Shown: positions 1 through 8,833 of the stretch, piece by piece | Layout: each line of letters begins with the position of its first letter | How positions within the stretch are numbered: position 1 is the first letter of the stretch | Source of the DNA: Pseudomonadota bacterium | Lineage (GTDB): Bacteria; Bdellovibrionota; FAC87; UBA2466 | Direction of reading: 5' to 3' | Assembly (NCBI GenBank): GCA_043767805.1 | Contig: JAYUGC010000075.1 | Location: 1 to 13,848 of the forward strand | DNA length: 13,848 bases | Program-made: the position numbers and the translations under genes | Notes under the pieces: generated by a model | The model's input: only the letters and a program-made list of their open reading frames with translations | Databases searched by the model: none | Told to the model about the DNA's origin: nothing

Positions 1-81
1 GGCTATCGTGAATTACTGACAATGGAGGTCGGCGTGCGACTCTACACCGCTCGACTCCCCGCCCTAAGTGACGAAAGATGA
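1..81 (+). CDS. Possible 3' end of an upstream ORF (GYRELLTMEVGVRLYTARLPALSDER*), function unknown
   Basis: Frame 1 is open from the window edge to TGA 79-81, which overlaps the ATG at 78 (ATGA). No recognisable motif. Confidence 0.25.
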   Translation, partial: GYRELLTMEVGVRLYTARLPALSDER

Positions 82-548
82 GCCCCGGGGAACGTAAAAG
101 TCAGGCACTCGAGCCCCTCACTGCGACCCGTACGAAGTTCCAGTTTTCGGGGGATGAGGAGATGGTTGCGATGTTCAAAGCTCTTCAGGATCGGTTTCGG
201 CGGAAGTTTCCTCAGGGGCGTATCGAAGACATCGTTAAGGAGTCGTTCAAGCTGCTTCTCGAGAAGAGTGACCCCGCGCCTGGTCCGGTGCGGAAGGTTC
301 ACGCCGCGCGGGCGAAACACACGCGGTATGTTCCTTCCGCCGTGAAACGAGAGGTTTGGCGCAAGGACGGAGCGCGCTGCTCCTTCGTTTCGAAAGCAGG
401 AGTTCATTGAGACGGCACCGCCTACCTCGAGCTCGATCACGTCGTACCGTGGAGTCTGGGCGGTAGCTCTCAAGCCGCTGATAACCTGACCGTTCGTTGC
501 CACGCCCATAATGCCTGGCGAGGCGGGGCGCTCAGGAAACGCGATTGA
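78..548 (+). pseudogene. HNH endonuclease-domain protein remnant: N-terminally truncated, in-frame TGA at 408-410
   Basis: Reads RYVPSAVKREVWRKDGARCSFVSKAGVH*DGTAYLELDHVVPWSLGGSSQAADNLTVRCHAHN. The DH..P...GG....NL...C..HN core of the HNH motif continues in frame after the TGA to a stop at 546-548. The TGA sits where this family normally has its second Cys. Confidence 0.8.
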
Positions 549-1305
549 GCTCCGTACTGGTTTGCGTGAGCTCTTCATTGAACGGTTTCATGTAGCGGGT
601 CAGGTGGCCCAAGATCTGAAGGTAGGCGCGCTTTCGCAAAAGAAAGTCGCTGTGAGAGAGCCCGCGCATTTCTTCCGTGCGGACGTCGGGAGATTTCATC
701 CATCCCTTGGGCAAGCGGGAGCAGCGAGGCGGACAGATCAAATCTTCTCGCGAATATAACGAGATGAGCGGAAAGCCCGCCGGATACGCGTTTCCGTTTA
801 GATGCCGGAGAAAGACGGAGCCGGGCATCAGTTGCGACAGACAGCGTGCCTTCAATATGAAATGGGTGAAAAAGCCAACTACGGCAATCCAAGTCCCGCG
901 ATGAGGCGTCGCCAGCGTGAGAAGGCCCCGACAGTAACGCGAGCCTCCAAGAAACTGAACATAGTAGCGAGCCACCAAGCCCCCCGCGGAATGTCCGACC
1001 AGAAAGATTTGGGAAGCCGAGACGTCTCTTTCTGACGATAGCTTCGAGATTTGCCGAGCCAGCTCCCGCGCGGGACCCGCGAAACCGATGCCGCCTTCGA
1101 GGCTCACCACCAGCACGTTGTAGCCATCTCGCTTCAAGCGGCGGCGAATCACGGAGAGCGAGCGGCGAGGCGCCGTGAATCCGGAAACGAGCACGATCGT
1201 CGGCGCGCCCGGATGAAGCGCGTTCACGTCTTTCCAACGAGCGACCCCAGCTCCCGGAAGGAAGTGAAATAGTTCTCGAAATAAACTTGGAACGCGGAGT
1301 CTCAC
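532..1305 (-). CDS. Alpha/beta-hydrolase (lipase/esterase family), 257 aa
   Basis: Nucleophile elbow LVGHSAGG, the TPHRGT motif, candidate Asp in EDLICP and candidate His in LSHSDF. GTG start preceded by GGGAAGG. No clear signal peptide. Confidence 0.85.
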   Translation of the reverse strand: MRLRVPSLFRELFHFLPGAGVARWKDVNALHPGAPTIVLVSGFTAPRRSLSVIRRRLKRDGYNVLVVSLEGGIGFAGPARELARQISKLSSERDVSASQIFLVGHSAGGLVARYYVQFLGGSRYCRGLLTLATPHRGTWIAVVGFFTHFILKARCLSQLMPGSVFLRHLNGNAYPAGFPLISLYSREDLICPPRCSRLPKGWMKSPDVRTEEMRGLSHSDFLLRKRAYLQILGHLTRYMKPFNEELTQTSTELNRVS

Positions 1306-1326
1306 GCCTTCCCGTTTCGGCTTTTT

Positions 1327-2037
1327 CTACGGGTTAGATGACTCGGGCGTTTGAGGTACCGGATTCGATGTGGGATTTTCTGTTTCCGCCGCGGGCTCGG
1401 GCGTGGGCTCCGGGCTAACTTCAGCGGGCGGCTCTGCTTGCGGCCCGGGCTCCGGCGCGGGAGGCGGTGGCTCGGGCATGGGGGGCGGCGTTTCCGGGGC
1501 CACCGTCGGCTTAGGCGGAGGAGGCATCGGCGGCGGACTCATCGCCCGCGGCGCCATGGGAAGCGCCGGCCTCGCCGACGCGGGTTTCGCGACGGGCTTC
1601 AATACGGGAATGGGCGCGATCGCCGGACGCTTCGGCACTTTCTTCTTCAAGAACGCGAGCACGACCGAGAGGCTCTTCGTGCCACCGATGGTCAGCGACT
1701 TCTGAACGGGGTCGTACTGCATGCGCATGCCCGTATAGACGTGCTTCAAGTTCAGATTATGGGTCTGGGGCGATGCGAAAACTTTTTCTAAAAAGGCGAT
1801 TGTGGAGGGATCTTCAAATTCCAGCCCGAACCCTTCATAACCCAGCGCCTTGAGTTGCTCGACCAAGCGATCATGGGGCTTGGGCGGGGCCGGTGGCTCA
1901 ACGACAGGCGCCGCCACGGGAGACGCTTCGGTCACGGGTTCCAAGACCGACGAAGGAGAGTCCGGCGAGCTAGCGCACCCCACTAAGAGGAGGCCCGCTA
2001 AAGCAACGCGTAAGTATTTTAAGGGTACGACGCGCAT
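1327..2037 (-). CDS. Pro/Glu-rich lipoprotein of unknown function, 236 aa
   Basis: Basic N-terminus, hydrophobic stretch and lipobox LVGC. A globular core of about 80 aa is flanked by Pro-rich linkers. Confidence 0.75.
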   Translation of the reverse strand: MRVVPLKYLRVALAGLLLVGCASSPDSPSSVLEPVTEASPVAAPVVEPPAPPKPHDRLVEQLKALGYEGFGLEFEDPSTIAFLEKVFASPQTHNLNLKHVYTGMRMQYDPVQKSLTIGGTKSLSVVLAFLKKKVPKRPAIAPIPVLKPVAKPASARPALPMAPRAMSPPPMPPPPKPTVAPETPPPMPEPPPPAPEPGPQAEPPAEVSPEPTPEPAAETENPTSNPVPQTPESSNP

Positions 2038-2046
2038 CAGCTAAAG

Positions 2047-2055
2047 ATCTTACCA
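2047..2055 (-). promoter_or_regulatory. Extended -10 promoter element (TGnTAAGAT) for the lipoprotein gene
   Basis: The minus strand reads TGGTAAGAT, ending 9 nt before the ATG at 2037. No Shine-Dalgarno sequence in between. Confidence 0.4.
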
Positions 2056-2094
2056 CAATCGCCCGATGCGTAAGCTGAGATAGGGGTTATTACT

Positions 2095-3348
2095 ATGCGT
2101 ACACTAACTCTGTACATCCTAGTGGCGGGGATACTCGCAACTGGGACAGGCTTTGCGGACGGGCAGATCGAGATGCGTAAGCATCGCTTCAGCCGGCACG
2201 ACAGCCAAGGCTTCGAACGTTTGGTCTTAGAGTTTAAAAATAACTCAGGAGCCGATTTGCCTTCGGTTCGGGTAGGAACCGACGGAACCGCCGGAGAAGT
2301 TACCATCCAAGTTGGAGACGCAGCTTTAAGAGGATCCATCCCCGAGTCCGAAGTTAACGATCGTTTCGTTCCCCGTTCCCATCTTTTAGGTCCTATCTCC
2401 GTCAGCAACGATAGTCCGCGTGGCGGCTTTACGATCCGTACCTTCTTGAAAGAGCCCCAAGCTCGCGTCGATGCGTTCTGGATCGACAGCCCGCTCCGTC
2501 TCGTTCTGGATGCGTATGGCACGGGCGGCTCACGTAACAACGCTTCCGTGCGAAGCCCCAAGAGACGCGGCTCTCGCCGTGGCTCGGGCAGGTACGCCGG
2601 CGACGTCATTTGCTTTCCGACCACCGCTTCCGTGGGCATGCAGGTCACCTTTCAAGCGACGGGCAAGCGAATCGATTCCATCGCCCTTCCCGTCGAAGGC
2701 GCCCGCAACGGCGACGAAGGCTCCGTGGTTTGTTATCCGAAGAACACGCAGCTCAGCGCTTCCATTTCCTTCGATCATTCCGCGGCCGACGGCGTGAAAG
2801 CCGTGAAGAACCGCCGCGTGAACCCGAATACTTATGACGACGGCGGCACCCCGGATCCAGTGCAAGCCACGCCCGCGGCTCGCCAGGAAATGCCCGTGGT
2901 CAAAGCGACGCCGAAGCCCGGGATGATGCTTCCGTCTCCGTCCGCACCGGTCCTTGGCGGAGCGCCCGCGAACCATCTTTTGAATAAGAGCCCAATCACT
3001 CTCGAGTCGCCAAAGGCGCTGTCTCTCTCGATGCCTTCGCCCGGAGCCGCCCCTAGCGGCTCTTCCGGCCTGTTGAGCTTGCCCTCCCCCGGTGGCGCCT
3101 CGAAACCGGCCGCGCCCATGCCCGTGTTGGGTCTTTCGCTTCCCGCCCCAGGACCCGCCCGCGCGCCGAGCGCGAGTGTCGCCGGAGCCTCACCGTTGAC
3201 TTTGCCCTCGTTGCCGCAGCCGGGCACCGGGGCTCTACCTGGAGCCGCCACTCCCGCCGCTCCTGCGGCTAGTGCGCCTTCGTTGAAGCTGAACCTTCCT
3301 CCGCCGCAGTCCGCGCAGCAGCTCTTGCCGCCGCTTTCGACAAAGTAG
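2095..3348 (+). CDS. Secreted protein with an N-terminal AMIN-like domain and a long Pro/Ala/Ser-rich C-terminal region, 417 aa
   Basis: Signal peptide (MRTLTLYILVAGILATGTGFA). HRFSRHDSQGFERLVLEF and FWIDSPLRLVLD match the paired R-x-V-x-[DE] strands of AMIN domains. AGGGG RBS upstream. Confidence 0.65.
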   Translation: MRTLTLYILVAGILATGTGFADGQIEMRKHRFSRHDSQGFERLVLEFKNNSGADLPSVRVGTDGTAGEVTIQVGDAALRGSIPESEVNDRFVPRSHLLGPISVSNDSPRGGFTIRTFLKEPQARVDAFWIDSPLRLVLDAYGTGGSRNNASVRSPKRRGSRRGSGRYAGDVICFPTTASVGMQVTFQATGKRIDSIALPVEGARNGDEGSVVCYPKNTQLSASISFDHSAADGVKAVKNRRVNPNTYDDGGTPDPVQATPAARQEMPVVKATPKPGMMLPSPSAPVLGGAPANHLLNKSPITLESPKALSLSMPSPGAAPSGSSGLLSLPSPGGASKPAAPMPVLGLSLPAPGPARAPSASVAGASPLTLPSLPQPGTGALPGAATPAAPAASAPSLKLNLPPPQSAQQLLPPLSTK

Positions 3349-3365
3349 TCGGCATGGGTTAGCGT
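3337..3365 (+). promoter_or_regulatory. Putative sigma70 promoter for rnr (TCGACA-17-TAGCGT)
   Basis: -35 at 3337-3342 and -10 at 3360-3365, ending 7 nt before GTG 3373. No SD present. Confidence 0.4.
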
Positions 3366-3372
3366 TTGCTTA

Positions 3373-5379
3373 GTGGGTAGGCATCGCAAGCGCAAAGAAG
3401 CAGTAAAGCATCTCAAGACGCGAAGGGAAAGCCGTCGCGCTAACCTTCAGCCTGTCCGCGCCCAAGCCGGGGCCCGCACCGGAAGAGTTCAAAAGAATCC
3501 CAGAGGCTTTGCTTTCATCCTGACCGGCGCACCCGGCGGCGATCAGTACGTTCCGCCCGAAGAAGCGCGGATGCTCTTAAACGACGATATCGTCGAATAT
3601 GCCATCGTGCGCGGCCAGGGCCGCCCGCGCGCCGAGATTAAAAAGATCGTCCGCCGCACCCAAACCGAAGTGGTGGGCCGCTTTGATTTCGACGGCGACC
3701 GGCTCTATCTCCTGACTCTCGATGGGGACGCTCACGTCGTGACGCCCGCGCCGCCAGACGCGCAACGGGAAGACTGGGCTCTCTGCAAGTTCGAGAAGTA
3801 CCCGACGAGAAATCATCCGGCGCAGGTGAAAGTCGTCGAGATCCTGGGCCCCGAGCTCGAGCCGAAGCACGACATCATGCTCACCTGCGCGCGCTTCGGC
3901 CTGCCGCGGGAGTTCACTTCCGAGACTTTGGAAGAAGCGTTCATGGGCAAGCTCACGGCGAGAAAAGAGATCCAGGAGCCCCAAAATCGCGTCGACATGA
4001 GAAACCTCCCGCTCGTCACCATCGACGGCGCGGACGCGAAAGATTTCGACGACGCCGTTTGCGTCGTCCGAAACGTGGAAGGCTCGCCCTTCATCCTCTA
4101 CGTTGCCATTGCCGACGTAAGCCACTTCGTGACTATCGGCACGTCTCTCGACAAAGAGGCCCAGCAGCGAGGGACGAGCGTTTATTTTCCGGGCACCGCC
4201 ATTCCCATGCTGCCCGAGGGGCTTTCCAACGAGCTTTGCAGTCTGATGCCGCAAGTGGATCGCCTGGCCTTCACGGCGGAGATTCACATGGACCGGGAGG
4301 GTAAGGCCACCTCCGCGAAGTTCTATAAGGCCATCATCAAGACGGCGGCGCGACTCACTTACGAGCAGGTCCAGGATTACTTTGACAAGCCCGGTGGCGG
4401 CACCGATCCCGTCACCGAGAAACTCGCCGACGCTTTAAAGTCGATGCGGGCTTTGTATCGGCTGATGATCCGCCGCCGTCACGAGCGCGGGACCATGGAT
4501 TTCGAGCTGCCCGAATCGAAAATCGTCGTGGACAAAGAAGGCGTGCCCACCCAGTGCGGCATCCGCGAGCGGTTCGAGGCCCATAAGCTCATCGAAGAGT
4601 TCATGATCGCGGCGAACTCGGAAGTGGCGAAACATTGCTTCCGCTTCCCTACCCTATTTCGCGTCCACGAGCCTCCCGCCCAAGGCGCTCTCGAGGAAGT
4701 GAACCAAATGATGAAGCACCTCGGCATTTCAAGGCGCATGGAGGAGCTGACACCGAAGGCCTTCTCCGAAGTCTTGGAGGCGACCAAAGGCTTGGCCGGG
4801 TCCGCCACTTTGCATCAGGCGATTTTGAGGCTCCAGAAACAGGCCAAATACGAGCCTGACCCGAAGGGTCATTTCGGCCTCGCCCTCAGGGACTATACCC
4901 ACTTCACCAGCCCCATCCGCCGGTACCCCGACTTGGTGGTTCATAGGCAATTAAAGAAGCTTCTCGAACGTGACCCGCTCACTGAAAAACCCAAGAAATC
5001 CGATAAGGAAGATGAGGAAAAGACCTCTCTCGCCGATGTCGGCGAACGGATGTCCGCCCTCGAGCGCCGGGCCATGGAAGCCGAGCGCTTCATCGTTAAA
5101 CGAAAGCAGTGTTGGTTCCTCAGGGAGCACCTGGGCGAAAGCTTCAAGGGCTCCATCGCGGGAGTAGTAGCCAAAGGCCTCTTCGTTCAGATAGAGCCTT
5201 ACGGTATCGAAGGGTTCGTGCCCTTGGAGACCATGGGCGGATTTTATGAATTCGACGAGAAACGAAATTGCTTCCGGGAACGCCCCGGCCACAAGATGCT
5301 CAGCGTGGGCGATCCCTTTGACATCATCATCGAGCAAGTCTCGCTCGAAGATCACCAGATCACTTTCGTTCCCAACTAA
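3373..5379 (+). CDS. rnr: Ribonuclease R (RNB family 3'-5' exoribonuclease), 668 aa
   Basis: Cold-shock domains (RGFAFI), catalytic TIDGADAKDFDDA, IEEFMIAAN, HFGLA..YTHFTSPIRRYPDLVVHR, and a C-terminal S1 domain. Confidence 0.95.
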   Translation: MGRHRKRKEAVKHLKTRRESRRANLQPVRAQAGARTGRVQKNPRGFAFILTGAPGGDQYVPPEEARMLLNDDIVEYAIVRGQGRPRAEIKKIVRRTQTEVVGRFDFDGDRLYLLTLDGDAHVVTPAPPDAQREDWALCKFEKYPTRNHPAQVKVVEILGPELEPKHDIMLTCARFGLPREFTSETLEEAFMGKLTARKEIQEPQNRVDMRNLPLVTIDGADAKDFDDAVCVVRNVEGSPFILYVAIADVSHFVTIGTSLDKEAQQRGTSVYFPGTAIPMLPEGLSNELCSLMPQVDRLAFTAEIHMDREGKATSAKFYKAIIKTAARLTYEQVQDYFDKPGGGTDPVTEKLADALKSMRALYRLMIRRRHERGTMDFELPESKIVVDKEGVPTQCGIRERFEAHKLIEEFMIAANSEVAKHCFRFPTLFRVHEPPAQGALEEVNQMMKHLGISRRMEELTPKAFSEVLEATKGLAGSATLHQAILRLQKQAKYEPDPKGHFGLALRDYTHFTSPIRRYPDLVVHRQLKKLLERDPLTEKPKKSDKEDEEKTSLADVGERMSALERRAMEAERFIVKRKQCWFLREHLGESFKGSIAGVVAKGLFVQIEPYGIEGFVPLETMGGFYEFDEKRNCFRERPGHKMLSVGDPFDIIIEQVSLEDHQITFVPN

Positions 5380-5391
5380 GGTGGCCCTCTC

Positions 5392-7071
5392 ATGAGAGTC
5401 ATTTCCACGGCGGCCGTCATTGGGACCGCGTTCAAAAACGTCGGCCGCGCATCTGAGATTCTCTCGGTCCTCGCGCGCCACGGGTTTGCCGATCTCGTTC
5501 AACGCATGAAGCTCGAACGGCTCGTGCGCTTTAAGACCGCCCAGGACACCGAGTACCACCAGATGCCCGCTCCAGTGCGCTTGCGCCGGGTGTTCGAGGA
5601 GCTGGGCCCGACCTTCGTGAAGCTCGGCCAGCTTCTCGCCACGCGCTCCGATCTGATCCCCGAGCCCTACGTCGAAGAGTTTGAAAAGCTTCAAGACAAC
5701 GTCGCTTCGGTCCCCTATGCGGACATCAAGCGCTTCGTCGAGAGCGAGCTGAAGGCGCCGCTGGAAAACGTTTTCTCGCATTTCGAGACCGAGCCCATCG
5801 CCGCGGCCTCCATCGGGCAGGTGCACGGCGCGATTCTAAAATCGGGAGAGAAAGTTGCCGTCAAGATTCAGCGGCCCGGTATCGAGCCGCTCATTCAAAA
5901 CGACGTTTCGATTTTGCGTGGGATCGCTCAGCTTCTGGAGCGTTACGTCCCTGAGACGAAGACTCTCAATCCGGTCGGTCTCGTCGAAGAGTTCTTCCGC
6001 ACCATTTTGTACGAGCTCGATTTTCAAGTCGAAGCCAACAACATCCGTCGCATCCGCAAAAACCTCGCGAACCTGACGAACGTCCGCGTGCCTATCGTGT
6101 ACGCGGATTTCAGCACATCGCGAGTCCTCGTCCTCGAGCGTTTCGAAGGCATCCGCTTCACCGACCGCGCCGGGATCTTGGCAGCGGGCATCAAGCCCGC
6201 GGACATCGTCACCGCGGGTAGCGACGCCTTTTTCCAGATGGTCATGCGGGACGGCCTGTTCCACGGCGACCTGCATGGCGGCAATCTTTTCGTCCTGCGG
6301 GATGGCAACATCGGCATCATCGATTTCGGCATCGTCGGACGGCTCTCCATCCGCGTGCAGGACAGCATCATCTCGATGTTCACGGCCCTCATCGACGAGG
6401 ATTTCGAGACGGTCGCCTCCGAGTACCTGGATCTTTGCCAGGCGACCGGCAACTCCGATCCGAGCGCGCTCCAAAAAGACCTGATGGACGCCATCTCCCC
6501 CTACATGGGAATGCGCCTCGGCCAAGTGAACGTCGGCAAGCTTCTGCTGCGCTCCACCGCTATCGCGGCCAAGCACAATCTCCAAGTGCCTCGCGAGCTG
6601 ATGCTTTTGTTCAAGGCCATCGTGAGCATCGAAGCGCTCGGCAAAAAGCTCGAGCCCGAGTTCGACATTCTCCAGGTGGGCTACCGCCAGGCGCGCTCGG
6701 TCATCACCCAGCGCTATAGCAAAGAGCGCCTGTTCAAAGATCTTCTCGTCATCGGCCGCGACGTGCAGCTGCTCGTCGAGCGCGTCCCTCGGGTGGGGAA
6801 ACGGTTCTTACGTCAGTGGGCGCAGAACGGTTTTGCGTTCGAGACCCGCAGCCCCGATACGGCCAGGCTCGCCAAAGCTTTTCGTCAATTCACGTATCAC
6901 ATGGTGGCGTGCCTTTTCTCGCTGAGCTTGACTGCTCTTGGCCTCGTCACCCTCGTCCTCGATCGCGGCCCCTGGGTATTCGGGGTTCCTGTCTGGTCGT
7001 TCCTGGCTTTTTTCGGCGCTTTCAGTATTCTGGGACAAGGACTCTGGACCTTGCGAAAGGCGAGACGTTGA
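5392..7071 (+). CDS. ubiB: UbiB/AarF/ABC1 family atypical kinase, 559 aa
   Basis: LGPTFVKLGQ (KxGQ motif), IAAASIGQVH, VAVKIQRP, FHGDLHGGN, IDFG, and two C-terminal TM helices. Family is certain; exact orthology to ubiB is not. Confidence 0.9.
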   Translation: MRVISTAAVIGTAFKNVGRASEILSVLARHGFADLVQRMKLERLVRFKTAQDTEYHQMPAPVRLRRVFEELGPTFVKLGQLLATRSDLIPEPYVEEFEKLQDNVASVPYADIKRFVESELKAPLENVFSHFETEPIAAASIGQVHGAILKSGEKVAVKIQRPGIEPLIQNDVSILRGIAQLLERYVPETKTLNPVGLVEEFFRTILYELDFQVEANNIRRIRKNLANLTNVRVPIVYADFSTSRVLVLERFEGIRFTDRAGILAAGIKPADIVTAGSDAFFQMVMRDGLFHGDLHGGNLFVLRDGNIGIIDFGIVGRLSIRVQDSIISMFTALIDEDFETVASEYLDLCQATGNSDPSALQKDLMDAISPYMGMRLGQVNVGKLLLRSTAIAAKHNLQVPRELMLLFKAIVSIEALGKKLEPEFDILQVGYRQARSVITQRYSKERLFKDLLVIGRDVQLLVERVPRVGKRFLRQWAQNGFAFETRSPDTARLAKAFRQFTYHMVACLFSLSLTALGLVTLVLDRGPWVFGVPVWSFLAFFGAFSILGQGLWTLRKARR

Positions 7072-7781
7072 AACGATTTTTTCTGCTGATGGCCTTCTTG
7101 CTGACCCTGCCGCTTTTCGCGGTGAACGGCGATGAGGCGATCCGGGCCCTGCTGCGAACGAACCTCAAGGGCAAGGGCGACTACATTCAGCGAAAAGTCG
7201 AGCGCATCGGCGACAAGACCATCCGTCTGGAGTGTTTCATTTCCATGGACGGGGACTTGAAGTGGTTCGGTAAAATCGCCACCGACGTTACCGACTACGG
7301 CTCCTGGCTCCTCAATAAGATAAACGACAAGCCGGACGGCGGCACTTACCCCGTGAAAATCATGGGCCTCGAAAAAGATCCCGCCGATCCCGTCAACGGG
7401 CTTTTCGCGTTGATGCGCCTGGATTTTCCGCTCATCAAAAAAGATCTGCGCAGAAAGCTCCGCTTCGTTCCTGACGCCGGAAAATCAAAAGTCGTCATCA
7501 ACGCCGAAATGCCGGACTCGACCGACGATATGATGAGCTCCGGCAAAGCAAAGATGGTTTTCTTTCAAGCCGACAATGAACCGAGCCGCATGTGGGGCTA
7601 TCTCGAGGGCAGCATCAAGATCCGCAACTGGCTCCTCTACGAAGCGCTTCCCACGGGCATCTTGAAGCGGGAAGCGGGCGAGCGCTTTCAGCAGGTCATC
7701 ACCAACTATCTAGGGGAAGAAAACCGCCGGATCAGATCGAGTCAAATCCCCAAAGAAAAAACGGCAACGCTGGGTGATTGA
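7068..7781 (+). CDS. Exported hypothetical protein, possibly START/SRPBCC fold, 237 aa
   Basis: TTG at 7068 overlaps the ubiB stop (TTGA) and opens a signal peptide (KRFFLLMAFLLTLPLFA). KIATDVTDYGSW resembles the D-x-x-x-Y-x-x-W motif of SRPBCC/START proteins. Confidence 0.7.
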   Translation: MKRFFLLMAFLLTLPLFAVNGDEAIRALLRTNLKGKGDYIQRKVERIGDKTIRLECFISMDGDLKWFGKIATDVTDYGSWLLNKINDKPDGGTYPVKIMGLEKDPADPVNGLFALMRLDFPLIKKDLRRKLRFVPDAGKSKVVINAEMPDSTDDMMSSGKAKMVFFQADNEPSRMWGYLEGSIKIRNWLLYEALPTGILKREAGERFQQVITNYLGEENRRIRSSQIPKEKTATLGD

Positions 7782-8787
7782 AAGCGTCCTCGCCGCCGAA
7801 AACCGCTTTGAGTAGGCCTTCGTCGGTGCCCGTCTCTAGGGTACCTTCCGCGAAAGTCACGCGCTCGTCGCCTTCCCACTTTGCTTCGATGCCGCTCGCT
7901 CTAAGAAACTCGCGGTAGGCCGCGAGCAGTTTTCCCCGGTCGAGTACTTTGACGAGGCCGAGCACGCCGTCCGTGGAACGGTCGGCGATTTGCCGCAAGG
8001 CCTCGAGCCGGTAGTGGTAGGGCGCAATCATGGTTAACGGCCGGTCGGAGAACGCGTGCCTCTGCACCCAAGCGACGTTGCGGCGAAGCTCGTCGGTCTC
8101 GCCTCCCCACTCGTGGATGAAGTCGGTGAAGTCGGCGCCCTTATTGATCGCGACATAACTCGTCACGCGGCCATCTTTTTCCGTGATGAAGACGCGGGCC
8201 TTGGGAATACGTAGTAGGGACTTCTGCTCTTCGAGCGAGCGGTCCAGATGGACATCGTGTTTCTGGTAGAGCCGCCACACGAGATGGGCATGGCGATCGG
8301 GATCGTACTCCATCGCACTGCCTTCGACCGCGGGAACGCTCTCAGACGTAAAGCGCAGATCCATTTCGCGGCCCGCGCGAAAGAAACCCAGGAGGCGGTA
8401 AAAATCAGGCTGGCCGGACCAGAGAACCGCGATGACGCAACCTTGGCGCTTGAGCTCCGTGACCGTCTCATTGAGAACGGCTTTGGCCATCCCCTGCCCG
8501 CGAAAATCCGGGCCGGTGGTGACCGAGCCGATGAGGCCCACTTTCAAACGCCGCTCGCCGTTTCGAAACTCGCGAATCAGAAAAGCGGCGTGAGACGCCA
8601 CTTGCCCGCAGCTTTCGATATAGAAGGACTCGCCGCCGGGAAATTCCCCAAAGAGCGACGGATATTCTTCCTTCAAACTGTGTTCGAGACCCGGCCGAAG
8701 CTGTTCGTCCAAAAACTCGATGAGACGCCTCCGGGTGTTATCCGCGGTGGTATCACTGTTTCCGTGCTGGAAGCGTTTGACGACCAT
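7732..8787 (-). CDS. GNAT N-acetyltransferase, Eis-like tandem-GNAT architecture, 351 aa
   Basis: ATG at 8787 with GGAGGT RBS (8792-8797). Acetyl-CoA motif A IGSVTTGPDFRGQGMA and FYRLLGF. A second degenerate GNAT domain (RVFITEKDGRVTSYVAI..IHEWGG) and an aromatic C-terminus (FFLWGFDSI) follow. Confidence 0.88.
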   Translation of the reverse strand: MVVKRFQHGNSDTTADNTRRRLIEFLDEQLRPGLEHSLKEEYPSLFGEFPGGESFYIESCGQVASHAAFLIREFRNGERRLKVGLIGSVTTGPDFRGQGMAKAVLNETVTELKRQGCVIAVLWSGQPDFYRLLGFFRAGREMDLRFTSESVPAVEGSAMEYDPDRHAHLVWRLYQKHDVHLDRSLEEQKSLLRIPKARVFITEKDGRVTSYVAINKGADFTDFIHEWGGETDELRRNVAWVQRHAFSDRPLTMIAPYHYRLEALRQIADRSTDGVLGLVKVLDRGKLLAAYREFLRASGIEAKWEGDERVTFAEGTLETGTDEGLLKAVFGGEDAFNHPALPFFLWGFDSI

Positions 8788-8803
8788 GGTGACCTCCAGA
8801 AGC

Positions 8804-8833
8804 AAAAAACGGGTGCCCTTCGCGGGCACCCGT
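8804..8833 (-). terminator. Intrinsic terminator after the histone gene
   Basis: Perfect 10-bp stem ACGGGTGCCC (8809-8818) / GGGCACCCGT (8824-8833) with a 5-nt loop. A-run 8804-8809 gives a U-tract on the minus-strand transcript. Confidence 0.85.

Noticed and set aside
408..410. Genome-wide UGA reassignment
   Set aside because: The lipase, ubiB, the 7068 gene and the GNAT all end at TGA at plausible C-termini.
42..578. 178-aa minus-strand ORF
   Set aside because: Antisense shadow of the HNH remnant, with no motifs.
3577..6585. Long antisense ORFs (3577..4287, 4951..5826, 5836..6585) and similar ones elsewhere
   Set aside because: Typical GC-rich codon-bias shadows of well-supported genes.
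6816..7067. N-terminal extension of ORF 6816..7781
   Set aside because: Lies inside ubiB. The signal peptide begins at TTG 7068.
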